Virus record (IMG/VR): IMGVR_UViG_3300037067_011041
Coordinates: 53,328 to 117,327 of that record
Source of the DNA: a virus
Lineage: Duplodnaviria; Caudoviricetes
Reading direction: 5' to 3' (one strand)
Length of the DNA: 64,000 bases
Positions 50,551 to 59,435 of this stretch are shown one piece after another; positions within the stretch are counted from its first letter, which is position 1, and every line of letters begins with the position of its first letter. Both the position numbers and the translations under genes were made by a program. A model generated the notes under the pieces. That model had not been told where the DNA came from. It was given only the letters and a program-made list of their open reading frames with translations, and did not search any database.

Positions 50551-50990
50551 TCGTACAGTCCAAGCTTGAAAAACTTGCGGTGCAGTTGAGCGGCACACTT
50601 GCCAACGATGTAGGCTAAGTCTTCCTCATCACCGTTGCAGCCATCGGGATCGAGTTTGGGGAAGCATTCGATGCGGCGAAAGTATCCCATCGCCATGTGA
50701 AATGCCTCATGGCTCTGCGTCTCGGAGCCAAGTTGTGTTTTCGCAAACAGTACATAGCCAAGCGACGGATGGCTTACCCAGCTTTCATGTCCGTTGGCCG
50801 TCCATTGGAGCATCATACGCTCTTGTGGCATGACTACGGCTCCAAATCGATCGTCCTTATCGTCGGTGGCGTTCAGGACGTGGAAAGCGCGACGCATGTT
50901 TCCCTTGTTATTGAACACCAGCACAGACCAATAGTGATTAGAAAGCTTACGTTCAGGCCATAGCTTGAACTGTGCGAGTTTGCCGATCAT
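50547..50990 (-). CDS. putative HExxH metallopeptidase
   Basis: SHEAFH...EE.LAY. Confidence 0.6.
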   Translation of the reverse strand: MIGKLAQFKLWPERKLSNHYWSVLVFNNKGNMRRAFHVLNATDDKDDRFGAVVMPQERMMLQWTANGHESWVSHPSLGYVLFAKTQLGSETQSHEAFHMAMGYFRRIECFPKLDPDGCNGDEEDLAYIVGKCAAQLHRKFFKLGLYE

Positions 50991-51359
50991 GCGTCGATGT
51001 CCACCAGCAGGTAAATAGTGTCTGGCGAGTCCTCGCCTTCGTCGGCCAAGCAGCCATCAATATCTAGGATGTCCCCCGACAGCGTCAGCCGGAAGCCATC
51101 AAGATCCATGCAGCCGACTTCTGTGTTTTGATCGAACTGCCGAAGCCGTTCGATAAGTTCGCACACTTTCATTTGAACCTCGTGATCTTGTCAATTTTGT
51201 AGGATACCTGGAAAAGCTGCCCGCATACCGGGCACTCGCCGATATCGACTCCGCAGCCTGAGTAGTTTGTATCGACGAGAGCCAACTCAATACGTCGTTG
51301 CTTGCCGTTCTTTGCCACATAAGGGGCACATTCAGGGCAGTAGGCCGGTTCGATGAACA

Positions 51360-51626
51360 TCAGTCCTCGTCGTCCTCGTACTCGTCGCCGTCGAAGAATT
51401 CTTCCCAGTCTTCGTCGTCGAGTTCGTCGTCCCAGTCGTGGCCGTCCCAGTCGCCCCAGTCGTCGTCTTCGTCTTCGTCAGGTAGCGACCATTCGTCGTC
51501 GTCATCGTCCCAGCCGTCGTCGTCATCTTCCCAGTCGGCGTCTTCTTCGTCGTAGTCGTCGTCGGTGTCTCCGGCGTAAGCGTCATCGAAGTACGGGTCG
51601 AAATCGTCGTCGAAATTGTCGAGCAT
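51360..51626 (-). CDS. extremely acidic Asp/Glu/Trp protein (candidate nucleic-acid mimic)
   Basis: majority D/E, no K/R, periodic W/F/Y; GGAG RBS and upstream promoter. Confidence 0.75.
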   Translation of the reverse strand: MLDNFDDDFDPYFDDAYAGDTDDDYDEEDADWEDDDDGWDDDDDEWSLPDEDEDDDWGDWDGHDWDDELDDEDWEEFFDGDEYEDDED

Positions 51627-51659
51627 GATAATCTCCGGGTTAAGGGTTTGACTATTGGA

Positions 51660-51687
51660 AGTATAGCACGGATTTCGCGAAAGTCAA
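51660..51687 (-). promoter_or_regulatory. sigma70-type promoter
   Basis: TTGACT-N16-TATACT. Confidence 0.8.
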
Positions 51688-51899
51688 GTCAAAATCCGCG
51701 ATTCCTCAGTAGCCACTTGATGTTTTCAACTTCATCTTCCAGAACCTTCAGCCTGCCCTCAAGGGTCGGCAACTGAACAGTGGCTGGCTTCTGCTCCGGC
51801 TGGCCGATATGCCTGGGGCTATAGTCGGTGTGCTCCCAATAGCGGCCCGTCCACGTGATAGGTGTCTTGCACATTCGGCAAACGTCTTTGTCCCCAAGT

Positions 51900-52583
51900 T
51901 CAGGCATGTTTACTCCTGTCGGTTGGTCTGAATTTCCAATCTCCGCGAACATCAAAGGCGCGAGAGATAGCCTTGTCTCGTGCCTCTTCTGTCGAATACC
52001 ACTTCAGCACATGCCACCCGTAAAGACCGGCAAAGGGCAGATCAAGTAGCACCTCGATGCCGAAGTTCTTTTGCTTCGGGCCTTTCTTCGACGCTGTCCT
52101 GTGTACACTTGTGTAATAGCTTTTTGGGTCGGTGTCAAATTGTCTCATGACTAGCGTCCATTCATCGCTGAGGCAGTCCATCAAAGGTTCATCCTCTTCC
52201 CACCAGCCGTTCTCCTCGCACGCAATCACAAGTTCTTCGGCCCATTCGACGGCCCCTTCAGGGCCGTCCAAGATGGGCTGAGGCTCAATCGTGCCGCTAT
52301 CACCGTAGACCAGCAGGCTGGCCCCTGGAAACATGATCTTGTACTGGTCGATGGCCTCGCTCTTCAGTTTGTCTTCGGACAGGAAGCGAGAAGTGTCTTC
52401 CCCGGCTTTGTAAGGGAACGGATCAGTCGTGTCGGCCGATGCCAGCTTCTTGGCCTCCTCCTCGTTCATGATGTAGCGAAGATCTTCGGTTACTCCGTTG
52501 CAGTACATTCGAGCGTAGTAATGCTCAGCGTACCACACCGAATCGCTGCCTACCCACGTGGTCATTTTGCACCAGACAATCAT
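51900..52583 (-). CDS. hypothetical protein
   Basis: ATG 52583 coupled to the radical SAM stop. Confidence 0.6.
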   Translation of the reverse strand: MIVWCKMTTWVGSDSVWYAEHYYARMYCNGVTEDLRYIMNEEEAKKLASADTTDPFPYKAGEDTSRFLSEDKLKSEAIDQYKIMFPGASLLVYGDSGTIEPQPILDGPEGAVEWAEELVIACEENGWWEEDEPLMDCLSDEWTLVMRQFDTDPKSYYTSVHRTASKKGPKQKNFGIEVLLDLPFAGLYGWHVLKWYSTEEARDKAISRAFDVRGDWKFRPTDRSKHA

Positions 52584-53509
52584 AGTTTGCTCGCCACAAG
52601 GTTGTTGAAATCGACAAGCCGTTGATTGCATCCATACAGGCAATTTCCGCACTTCCTGACGCCGATTCCCTTAATACCATCCCGGTATAGATGCGAACAG
52701 GCGAATTCCTCACCACTCGGGCTGATAACCCGCTCACTCATCGATAGATAGCAAGGCTGAGAAAGGTCGTTGTCTGGAAACCTAACACCGGCGATAAGCC
52801 GAAGCTTGTTTCCGATGGTCTCCTTGAAAAGGGCAAGCGATTCCTTGTCCATGGCGGACTCCATCTTCGGCACGATGCTCTCGAAGAAATCATCGATATG
52901 CTTCGGCTGGAACACGAATCGCGGGTGTGTGCCTTTGTACACGCTGAAAAACAACGCGTACAGATGAGGAAACACCACGTTGGCAAACTGAATGAATCGC
53001 GGGGCGTCCCGATAGTTCTCGGCCGGCAAAGTGTAGGTGATGGACGTTACCGTTTGCTCGGATGCTCGCTGGATGTTTTGGCAAACACGCCTCCAGGCCG
53101 TGCGGCCGACAAGGTTGTCCCAGTAGACTTCGTTGTCCGAATCCAAAGACACCTTGAGGCGTTTGACGTGTGCCGCTGGCGGCATGATAAACGCGTTTGT
53201 GTTCAGGTGGAACCGGTACTTCTCGCTGCATGATTTGATGAGCGGGTACAGCCAAGGTACGATGGATGGCTCACCTCCGGTGATATGGATGATTGCCGTG
53301 TCACCATACTTTGCAAGCGCGTCCTCAAATCGCTTCTTGGACAAAGTGGTTGGAGTCTGCTTCACGTTGCAGTAGTCACAACGAAAGTTGCATCCCTCAG
53401 TAATGAACACCGCTACCCTGCGTACTGGCGGGTTCTTACCGGCCGCCAAACAATCGACGGTCTCCTTTGCCCTGAGTTCAAAGTCGTCCCAATACAATGA
53501 GTGTCTCAT
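52580..53509 (-). CDS. radical SAM protein with a C-terminal SPASM/twitch-like Cys cluster
   Basis: CNFRCDYC, TGGEP, NTN, SLD; C...C...CGNC.YGC. Confidence 0.9.
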   Translation of the reverse strand: MRHSLYWDDFELRAKETVDCLAAGKNPPVRRVAVFITEGCNFRCDYCNVKQTPTTLSKKRFEDALAKYGDTAIIHITGGEPSIVPWLYPLIKSCSEKYRFHLNTNAFIMPPAAHVKRLKVSLDSDNEVYWDNLVGRTAWRRVCQNIQRASEQTVTSITYTLPAENYRDAPRFIQFANVVFPHLYALFFSVYKGTHPRFVFQPKHIDDFFESIVPKMESAMDKESLALFKETIGNKLRLIAGVRFPDNDLSQPCYLSMSERVISPSGEEFACSHLYRDGIKGIGVRKCGNCLYGCNQRLVDFNNLVASKL

Positions 53510-54362
53510 TTGATTTCCTTAGTGTTGACTCGTTCGATCTTGGCCTTTACCTCGGTATCGGCGTAAGGAAAGTGGCTCGACGCCTTTATCGCTTCATACT
53601 CTTTTACTGCTTCGATATACCACCGCCCTGTCCTCATTCCTGGCCCGGTGTCAACCATCTCGTTTCCGTACTCCTCCTGTGCCCTCTTCTGACAGACTTG
53701 AAACTGGGCGTCAGCAAGGCACTTGGATAGCCCAAGGTCTATCAGTTCCTTGCAAATTGGATATCTCCCGTCGTTCCAGTCGGAAAGAACACGATTGAGG
53801 GCGAGAGCGAGTTCTAGATCGAGTGGTTTATTGAACGTGGTTATTCCGAATGTCAATGTCAAAGCATAGTTGAACACTGGCATCGGGGCATCGTCAGCGG
53901 TGATTGTTGCTTGCGACATGAGCATTACGCGTCAGCCTTTACATGCTCATTGAGAAGCGACGACATGAGTTGATGGCGAGCCTTGAGATACTCGCACGTT
54001 TTCAGCGCTTCAGTTATCTGCTCGGACAAGGGATGAGCGGGGTCAATCTCAACGCACTTGTGCAGCGTGAACCCCGTTCGACAATCTTCCTCTGCGCCTT
54101 CGTGCCCGCCGAGAACTCCGCCCACGCTCAACGTTATGAAGAACACTTGCGAGTATTCATCATACTCCAGCGTATTGACTACCGGGTAATCGAAATTGGC
54201 CTCGATCACCCGCCGAAGCTTTTTCTGATAGCGATCGAAATTCTGGTTCGCCACCGGAAAAATTACGGTCTTGCCCTGCTCATTCAATTCGCTGATTTCG
54301 TTTCGGAGTTTCACGGTGGCTGGCCTTTAGTTGTTTGATGAGTGTTGTTCGTTCGATATTGA

Positions 54363-54390
54363 AGTATACAACACAGTCCGTAAAAGTCAA
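54363..54390 (-). promoter_or_regulatory. promoter with the early-cassette-type leader
   Basis: TTGACT-N16-TATACT followed by TCAATATCGAACGAACAACAC. Confidence 0.85.
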
Positions 54391-54955
54391 ATAGTAATTC
54401 GGAATTATTCCCGGCCGACTTCGGCACCCATCGTATGCTAGTTGATCTTGAGTTGTTTGTTGATGGCTTCAAGTTGCGCTTCGATCTCTGCCTTCTCTTG
54501 CAGTAGCTTTGCGCGGGTGTTGGCATAGCCTGCCGGGATGCGTGTCGCCTTAACTTCCGACAGCTTCAGGCCATAGCCCTTGTTATCGTCGAAGAAAGCG
54601 CGAATATCGTTCTCGGCCCCGATCGCGTAGCCAAGGAGGTACGGCGGGCCGTTGCTTTGCGTACCGCTGACAGCCACGATTGTCTCTTGGGCCCTCAGCT
54701 TCATCCGTTTGATCTCGCTCACAAGGTCGTAGACAAGGCGATGAGGCTTGTCTTTCCACGTGTCGGCTTGCTCACCGATGCCAGACGGACCTAGTTTGTA
54801 GTCCTCAAGTTCTTTGTCGGTCATGAGCGGTCGCTCCTGCTCTCGCCGAAGAAATTCTGCTTCCTGCCTTTTTCGCTCTTGCATTCTGCAATCCTGTTGA
54901 TATTGGTGGAAGGCACCTGATTCTTCTGGATATGAGACCATTTCAGTTCTCCTAG

Positions 54956-55029
54956 TAGCTTGGGTGGGAGTCGAACCCACAGCATTCCTGGTTCTAAGCC
55001 AAGATGGTCTGCCTATTGCCTACCAAGCT
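54956..55029 (-). tRNA. tRNA-Leu(TAG) with a short variable loop
   Basis: AGCTTGG/CCAAGCT, CTTGG-CTTAGAA-CCAGG, GTGGG-TTCGACT-CCCAC. Confidence 0.85.
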
Positions 55030-55035
55030 TCGTAT

Positions 55036-55061
55036 GGCTCCCAGGCCGATTCCTGGGAGCC
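55036..55061 (-). terminator. perfect 10-bp hairpin upstream of tRNA-Leu
   Basis: GGCTCCCAGG/CCTGGGAGCC; no U tract. Confidence 0.45.
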
Positions 55062-55096
55062 CTCTCACACGTGGTGGCCGACGCCGGAAAATTCAA

Positions 55097-55129
55097 TTAA
55101 AGAAGCTCACGGGAGAAAATCGCACGCAT
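55097..55129 (-). CDS. 10-aa micro-ORF MRAIFSRELL
   Basis: preceded by AGAAAGGAGGTGAT, a maximal SD, and a promoter. Confidence 0.55.
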   Translation of the reverse strand: MRAIFSRELL

Positions 55130-55229
55130 ACAATCACCTCCTTTCTATACCGGGGTGCACCCGAGTTTAGACCATGTTGACCGCTACTAAACTTAGACGT
55201 CACTCAGACGTCACTCAGATGATACTTGA

Positions 55230-55257
55230 AGTGTACACCAAAAAACAAGAAAGTCAA
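55230..55257 (-). promoter_or_regulatory. sigma70-type promoter
   Basis: TTGACT-N16-TACACT. Confidence 0.8.
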
Positions 55258-55780
55258 GCGGCTTCTCTGGAAAGTCTTTCGGCCAGCCAGCCTTCGTCCA
55301 GTTCGTCGAGAACCTTATTGTAGGCCAGTTGGTCAAGTTCGCGCGATCGTGCATCGGGTTCGTCGCCTCTCTCCCACGCCTCGATGATTTCCCCGTTGTC
55401 ATTGTACCGATCGAAATGCAGCACAGTGACTTCCCATAGCTCGACGCTGCCGTCAACATAGACGTCGGGGTAGTCGCAAGCGCCGCGCTGGCATTCTGGC
55501 GGGTTGTAGCCGTACAGGATCAACACCTCGAAATAGGCATTGTGCTCTTCGCTGTCGAAGTTGTGAATGTATGTGCTCATTGGTCAGTCCGTGTAAGTGA
55601 TGCTGATTTTGTCGTTGGGCTCCTTGCCCTTCTTCAAATCTTCCTTGGCGGTCCGCCGAAAGATCCTGTTTGCGAGTCGAATGAGAAACTTGTTATAGGG
55701 GCGGTGCCGTCCGGCTCGGCAAGCCCGGCAGCCGCAAAACTTCATGTGGTTTGGCATGGTTTGCTCCTTGTGTTACCTAA

Positions 55781-55808
55781 AGCATACCACACTTTTCAAA
55801 AAAGTCAA
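55781..55808 (-). promoter_or_regulatory. sigma70-type promoter
   Basis: TTGACT-N16-TATGCT. Confidence 0.8.
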
Positions 55809-56000
55809 ATGAAATTCTTTGATTGCCGCTCGTTAAGCCAATCACTGACGCGAGCCATAATCTCTCTGCGGCGATCACTAGACAGAGACAGTTCTAGGTC
55901 ACAAAGTTCTGCGTCAAGCGCTTCAGTGCCTTTGAAAAGACTGACGCCGTCCATTCCTTTGTATATCCAGAGGACGGTGGTGCCTATCTTATCGACGATC

Positions 56001-56438
56001 TCAAATTTGCTCATTGTTGCTTCCTGGTTGTGTGTTGCAGGCTAAGGCGCCTGGCGATGCCATTACTTTCTCTACGCGATAGACACGGTGCAGGCGGCCT
56101 TTGGTCCAGTCGCAGACTTTCCCGTCCTTGATGGCCATTAAGTGGCGTCCGCCGCTCGTCCACACCAAATAATCGCCTGATCGATACTTGAACTCGCGTC
56201 CAAGAGTCCTGACGGTCTTCGATCTGACCGCTATGGGAGTGGCCACAAGTCCAAGGTCGCTAAGCACTTGACGTGTGATTGCGTTTGGCGTGCCTTTTCG
56301 CGCTTCACGGCCTTTACGAGCCATTCGTGAGTGTGTATCCGAGTACGGAAGGCCGGTAACAACTGCCACGGCCTTTACCGCGCAATCGTTAGTCTCGTTC
56401 ATGCTCCGTGAGGCGCTTAGCATATCTTCGTAGTTCAT
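56001..56438 (-). CDS. papain-like fold phage protein
   Basis: NDCAVKA...HL..IKDG...D. Confidence 0.55.
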   Translation of the reverse strand: MNYEDMLSASRSMNETNDCAVKAVAVVTGLPYSDTHSRMARKGREARKGTPNAITRQVLSDLGLVATPIAVRSKTVRTLGREFKYRSGDYLVWTSGGRHLMAIKDGKVCDWTKGRLHRVYRVEKVMASPGALACNTQPGSNNEQI

Positions 56439-56832
56439 GGCTTCTCCTGGATTTGCGCTTGACAACTGGCGCTTAGTGCTTTCGGGTCACTCAGGCCGCT
56501 CAACATTCAAGCCGATGATGCAGTACATGCTTGTTTCAGGCTCGGTAATCTCCACCTCGCTGTATTCAGGGCGAAGCACAAGCTGTGTCTGTACTTCGAT
56601 GTCCTCGCGAATTGCCCTCACTTCCAAGTCACGAAGACGTGACAGTGCGCGGGCGGCTGCCACTGCCCTGCTCTCGCCGGAGCCGATCAAGACATGGTCG
56701 AAGCCCTGGGGCTCATGATAAGTGTACTTGAACAACTCGGCCGTTTGCGGCCCCTTGAACCAGATGCCAAACTTCAGTAGTCGAGTAGCGGGCTTCACGT
56801 TGTGCGTCTCCTATGTGTAAGCTGTTTCTACA

Positions 56833-56860
56833 AGCATACAACAAAAAAGCCAAAAGTCAA
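56833..56860 (-). promoter_or_regulatory. sigma70-type promoter, first of the minus block
   Basis: TTGACT-N16-TATGCT. Confidence 0.8.
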
Positions 56861-57116
56861 GTCAATTGTCCCGAGAAAGTTGCAGGTTAGATGAAATGTC
56901 CGTTTGTTCCGCGAAGCGGCCCGGTTAAAATGTGGGAGGCGACCGGGCGGATGGCAGTCAGGCGGCGGGTGGGTCCAGTTGACCCTCAAAAATCGCAGGT
57001 TAGATATTGATGGAAACGAATTTTCCAATTGTCCCGGAAAAAGCGCAGGTTATAACGGCCGATCAGTCCTTGGGAGGGCGCGCTTATAGCGCGATCGAAC
57101 CCTCACAACCGTCAAA

Positions 57117-57149
57117 ATGCACAGTACCAAAACATTTGGTACTGTGCAT
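57117..57149. repeat. perfect 15-bp inverted repeat in the divergent intergenic region
   Basis: ATGCACAGTACCAAA-ACA-TTTGGTACTGTGCAT. Confidence 0.85.
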
Positions 57150-57193
57150 AAAAGTGATACATCCGTTCTCTTCCGAAATTTTCACTTTCCGAT

Positions 57194-57254
57194 TTGACTT
57201 TCGCAAAGTGTATTGTATGCTTCAATATCGACCGAACGAACACAACAAAGGAGG
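57194..57254 (+). promoter_or_regulatory. early promoter/leader repeat
   Basis: TTGACT-N16-TATGCT-TCAATATCGACCGAAC...AAGGAGG. Confidence 0.85.
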
Positions 57255-57259
57255 CTGAA

Positions 57260-57451
57260 ATGCCGAAGTTCCGGGTTATACTGGCTGGGTCGTTCTATTC
57301 ATTTGAGTTGTACAATTCGGCCGGTGCGGAAGTGCACGATCTTATGGAGGCTGTCGATTGTGCCGAAGAACAGTACGGTGACGAATGGCGCGAAGTGTAC
57401 AACGGGGAGGAAGGCGCTGATCGTTCTGAAGCTCCGGCCCGCGAAAATTGA
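57260..57451 (+). CDS. small acidic early protein
   Basis: AAGGAGG RBS. Confidence 0.6.
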   Translation: MPKFRVILAGSFYSFELYNSAGAEVHDLMEAVDCAEEQYGDEWREVYNGEEGADRSEAPAREN

Positions 57452-57494
57452 TTCGTTTACAACCGTGTTTACGCTTATTAGGCCGGAGGACAAC

Positions 57495-57815
57495 ATGAAA
57501 CTAACAGCCAGAAAACTCGAACTATACGACAAACCCGGCAGAGGCCACGTGGCCAACAAGATCAGTGCTGCTGTTACGGCCGCTGCAAAGCAAGCAATCG
57601 CTACAATCGGGCGTCGATACGATCGCGACAAAGCTAGCCGGGCAATATGTGATGCAATCAGCAAAATCGTGTCGCCCGTCATATTCGCTAACCCTAACTA
57701 TGGGGCCAGTGACTCGGAACCATCGCGAGCCATACGATCGGAAATGTGCAACCAAGTGGCAAAACGCTACAAACTCGAACAATGGGAGAACGAGGAATTG
57801 TACTACCAAATATAA
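57495..57815 (+). CDS. hypothetical early protein
   Basis: GGAGG RBS; YGASDSEP motif. Confidence 0.65.
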   Translation: MKLTARKLELYDKPGRGHVANKISAAVTAAAKQAIATIGRRYDRDKASRAICDAISKIVSPVIFANPNYGASDSEPSRAIRSEMCNQVAKRYKLEQWENEELYYQI

Positions 57816-57849
57816 CAATCAGAACAACCTGAATTCGAGAGAATTTGAT

Positions 57850-57877
57850 TTGACTTCGGCCTGGGCGCGAGTATACT
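57850..57877 (+). promoter_or_regulatory. promoter driving the ncRNA pair
   Basis: TTGACT-N16-TATACT. Confidence 0.85.
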
Positions 57878-57889
57878 TCAGTATCAAAC

Positions 57890-58056
57890 GACGATGCCCG
57901 CTCGGAGGGAGCGCGGGTTAGCTTAGCGGCCGGTTTCGCTACTAAACGTAAACCGGTGATATGTGGGGAAGGTCCGGACCGCCCCACTAACGGGTAGTAA
58001 AGGCCACACTATCCGGATCGGTGGTGTAAGTCCACCCCCTCCCAGCGGGCACCGTC
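57890..58056 (+). ncRNA. putative structured ncRNA with a T-arm-like hairpin (RNA-B)
   Basis: about 18-bp closing helix, GGTGG-TGTAAGT-CCACC stacked on it, internal pseudoknot and hairpins. Confidence 0.65.
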
Positions 58057-58057
58057 A

Positions 58058-58192
58058 GGTTAGAGCGATTGCAGCTATCGTGCCGAATACAGGCCCGGTA
58101 ACGATCGGCCGGGTTATGCCGGGAGTGGGGATTGTACAGTCTCCGCCGGACGAAACAAACTATTTCCCACGATAGCTGCAATCGCTCTGACC
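58058..58192 (+). ncRNA. putative ncRNA with a 25-bp terminal stem (RNA-D)
   Basis: 58058-58082 pairs with 58168-58192 (one G:U); two internal hairpins. Confidence 0.65.
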
Positions 58193-58222
58193 GCCACAAC
58201 CAGAATAGCCAGGAGAGTCCTC

Positions 58223-58687
58223 GTGACCGACACATCCTACAAAACCGCTATTGCCAGAAACAAGCTTAGCGCTCCTGCGGCTTGGTTGAATCGTGCCGGT
58301 CGTCTCAAAGGTAGGATTCTTGACTATGGGTGCGGCCGTGGCGGTGATGCCGACAGATTGGGTTGTGAGGGCTATGACCCTCACTATCGGCAGGGTGAGC
58401 CGGTTGGGCTGTTTGACACGATTATGTGCAACTTCGTGCTTAACGTGATTGAGTCGCACAGTACGCGACGATCCGTTTTGTCTGCTATTTCCGATTTGCT
58501 TACTGAGTACGGGCGTGCGTACATTACCGTTCGCACCGATCGTAGCGGGTTGTCGGGTCGTAAGAGGCACACGTGGCAAAGTCTGATTGTTCTGGATTTG
58601 CCGGTTGTGCATCGTGGGAATGGATACATCACTTACATGCTTTGCAAGGGTGATGACAATTGTGCCATGAATGTGGAGGTTTTCTAA
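58223..58687 (+). CDS. class I SAM-dependent methyltransferase
   Basis: LDYGCGRG.D, GYDP, FDTIMCNFVLNVI. Confidence 0.85.
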   Translation: MTDTSYKTAIARNKLSAPAAWLNRAGRLKGRILDYGCGRGGDADRLGCEGYDPHYRQGEPVGLFDTIMCNFVLNVIESHSTRRSVLSAISDLLTEYGRAYITVRTDRSGLSGRKRHTWQSLIVLDLPVVHRGNGYITYMLCKGDDNCAMNVEVF

Positions 58688-58871
58688 CGTGAAGCATACT
58701 ATCGAATTGACGGAAGATGACGTTCGGCAGGCCATTGTCGAACATATCAATCATTCCGATCTTGGCGTTCTTATCAGGCCGGACCAAATTTCGTTTCGCA
58801 TCGTCGATTACGGTGAAAGCTTTGAGGGCGCTTTTGTCGATCTTGACAGTTAAAAATTCCGGAATTCCGAT

Positions 58872-58899
58872 TTGACTTTGTCGGTTTTCGTGGTATGCT
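58872..58899 (+). promoter_or_regulatory. early promoter
   Basis: TTGACT-N16-TATGCT. Confidence 0.8.
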
Positions 58900-59364
58900 T
58901 TAGTATCGGAAGAACGACAACACAGAGGCAAAGCAATGATCGGTTTTCTGGAATTGCGGAATTTGCTGATGGAGCAGCATAAGTGGAACAGGCGGGTTGC
59001 GACACTGGCCGCGCGCATCTATGCGGGTGTTGACACGTTTGACGATATTGCGGCCATGGCAAACGGTGACTACGGGCGCGCTATACTTTCGCAAAGTGAA
59101 TATGCGGAAATTTGCCGCTGGCGCTGACAACAACGAAAGGTACAGTTATGCGAAGTCTGCCGGAACTGATTCTCGATCTGATGAAATCGGAATATCCGAG
59201 ATTTGCGCCCGACATCCCGCTTTCCGATTCCAACGAATTTGTGGAAAGTGAGGCCATTGAGGTGGCGATCAACGATTTGATCGACTATGCCTGCGATGCG
59301 GGTTATTCGGTCACGCATCGGAATAATCCGATCGACTGTTACGGCCTGAAAGTTGAAATTTGAT

Positions 59365-59427
59365 TTGACTTTCCCGATTCGTGGTGTATACTTCAATATC
59401 GACCGAACAACACCCCACCACAAGGAG
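59365..59427 (+). promoter_or_regulatory. early promoter/leader repeat
   Basis: TTGACT-N16-TATACT-TCAATATCGACCGAACAACACCCCACCACAAGGAG. Confidence 0.9.
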
Positions 59428-59435
59428 TCCTGATT

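Noticed and set aside
57964-57980. RNase P RNA (GGGGAAGGTCCGG resembles the P4 5' strand)
   Set aside because: No matching 3' P4 strand, and the segment forms a local hairpin
58140-58160. hammerhead ribozyme (GGACGAAAC)
   Set aside because: No CUGANGA core
58058-58192. retron msr-msd
   Set aside because: No reverse transcriptase in the window and no long msd hairpin
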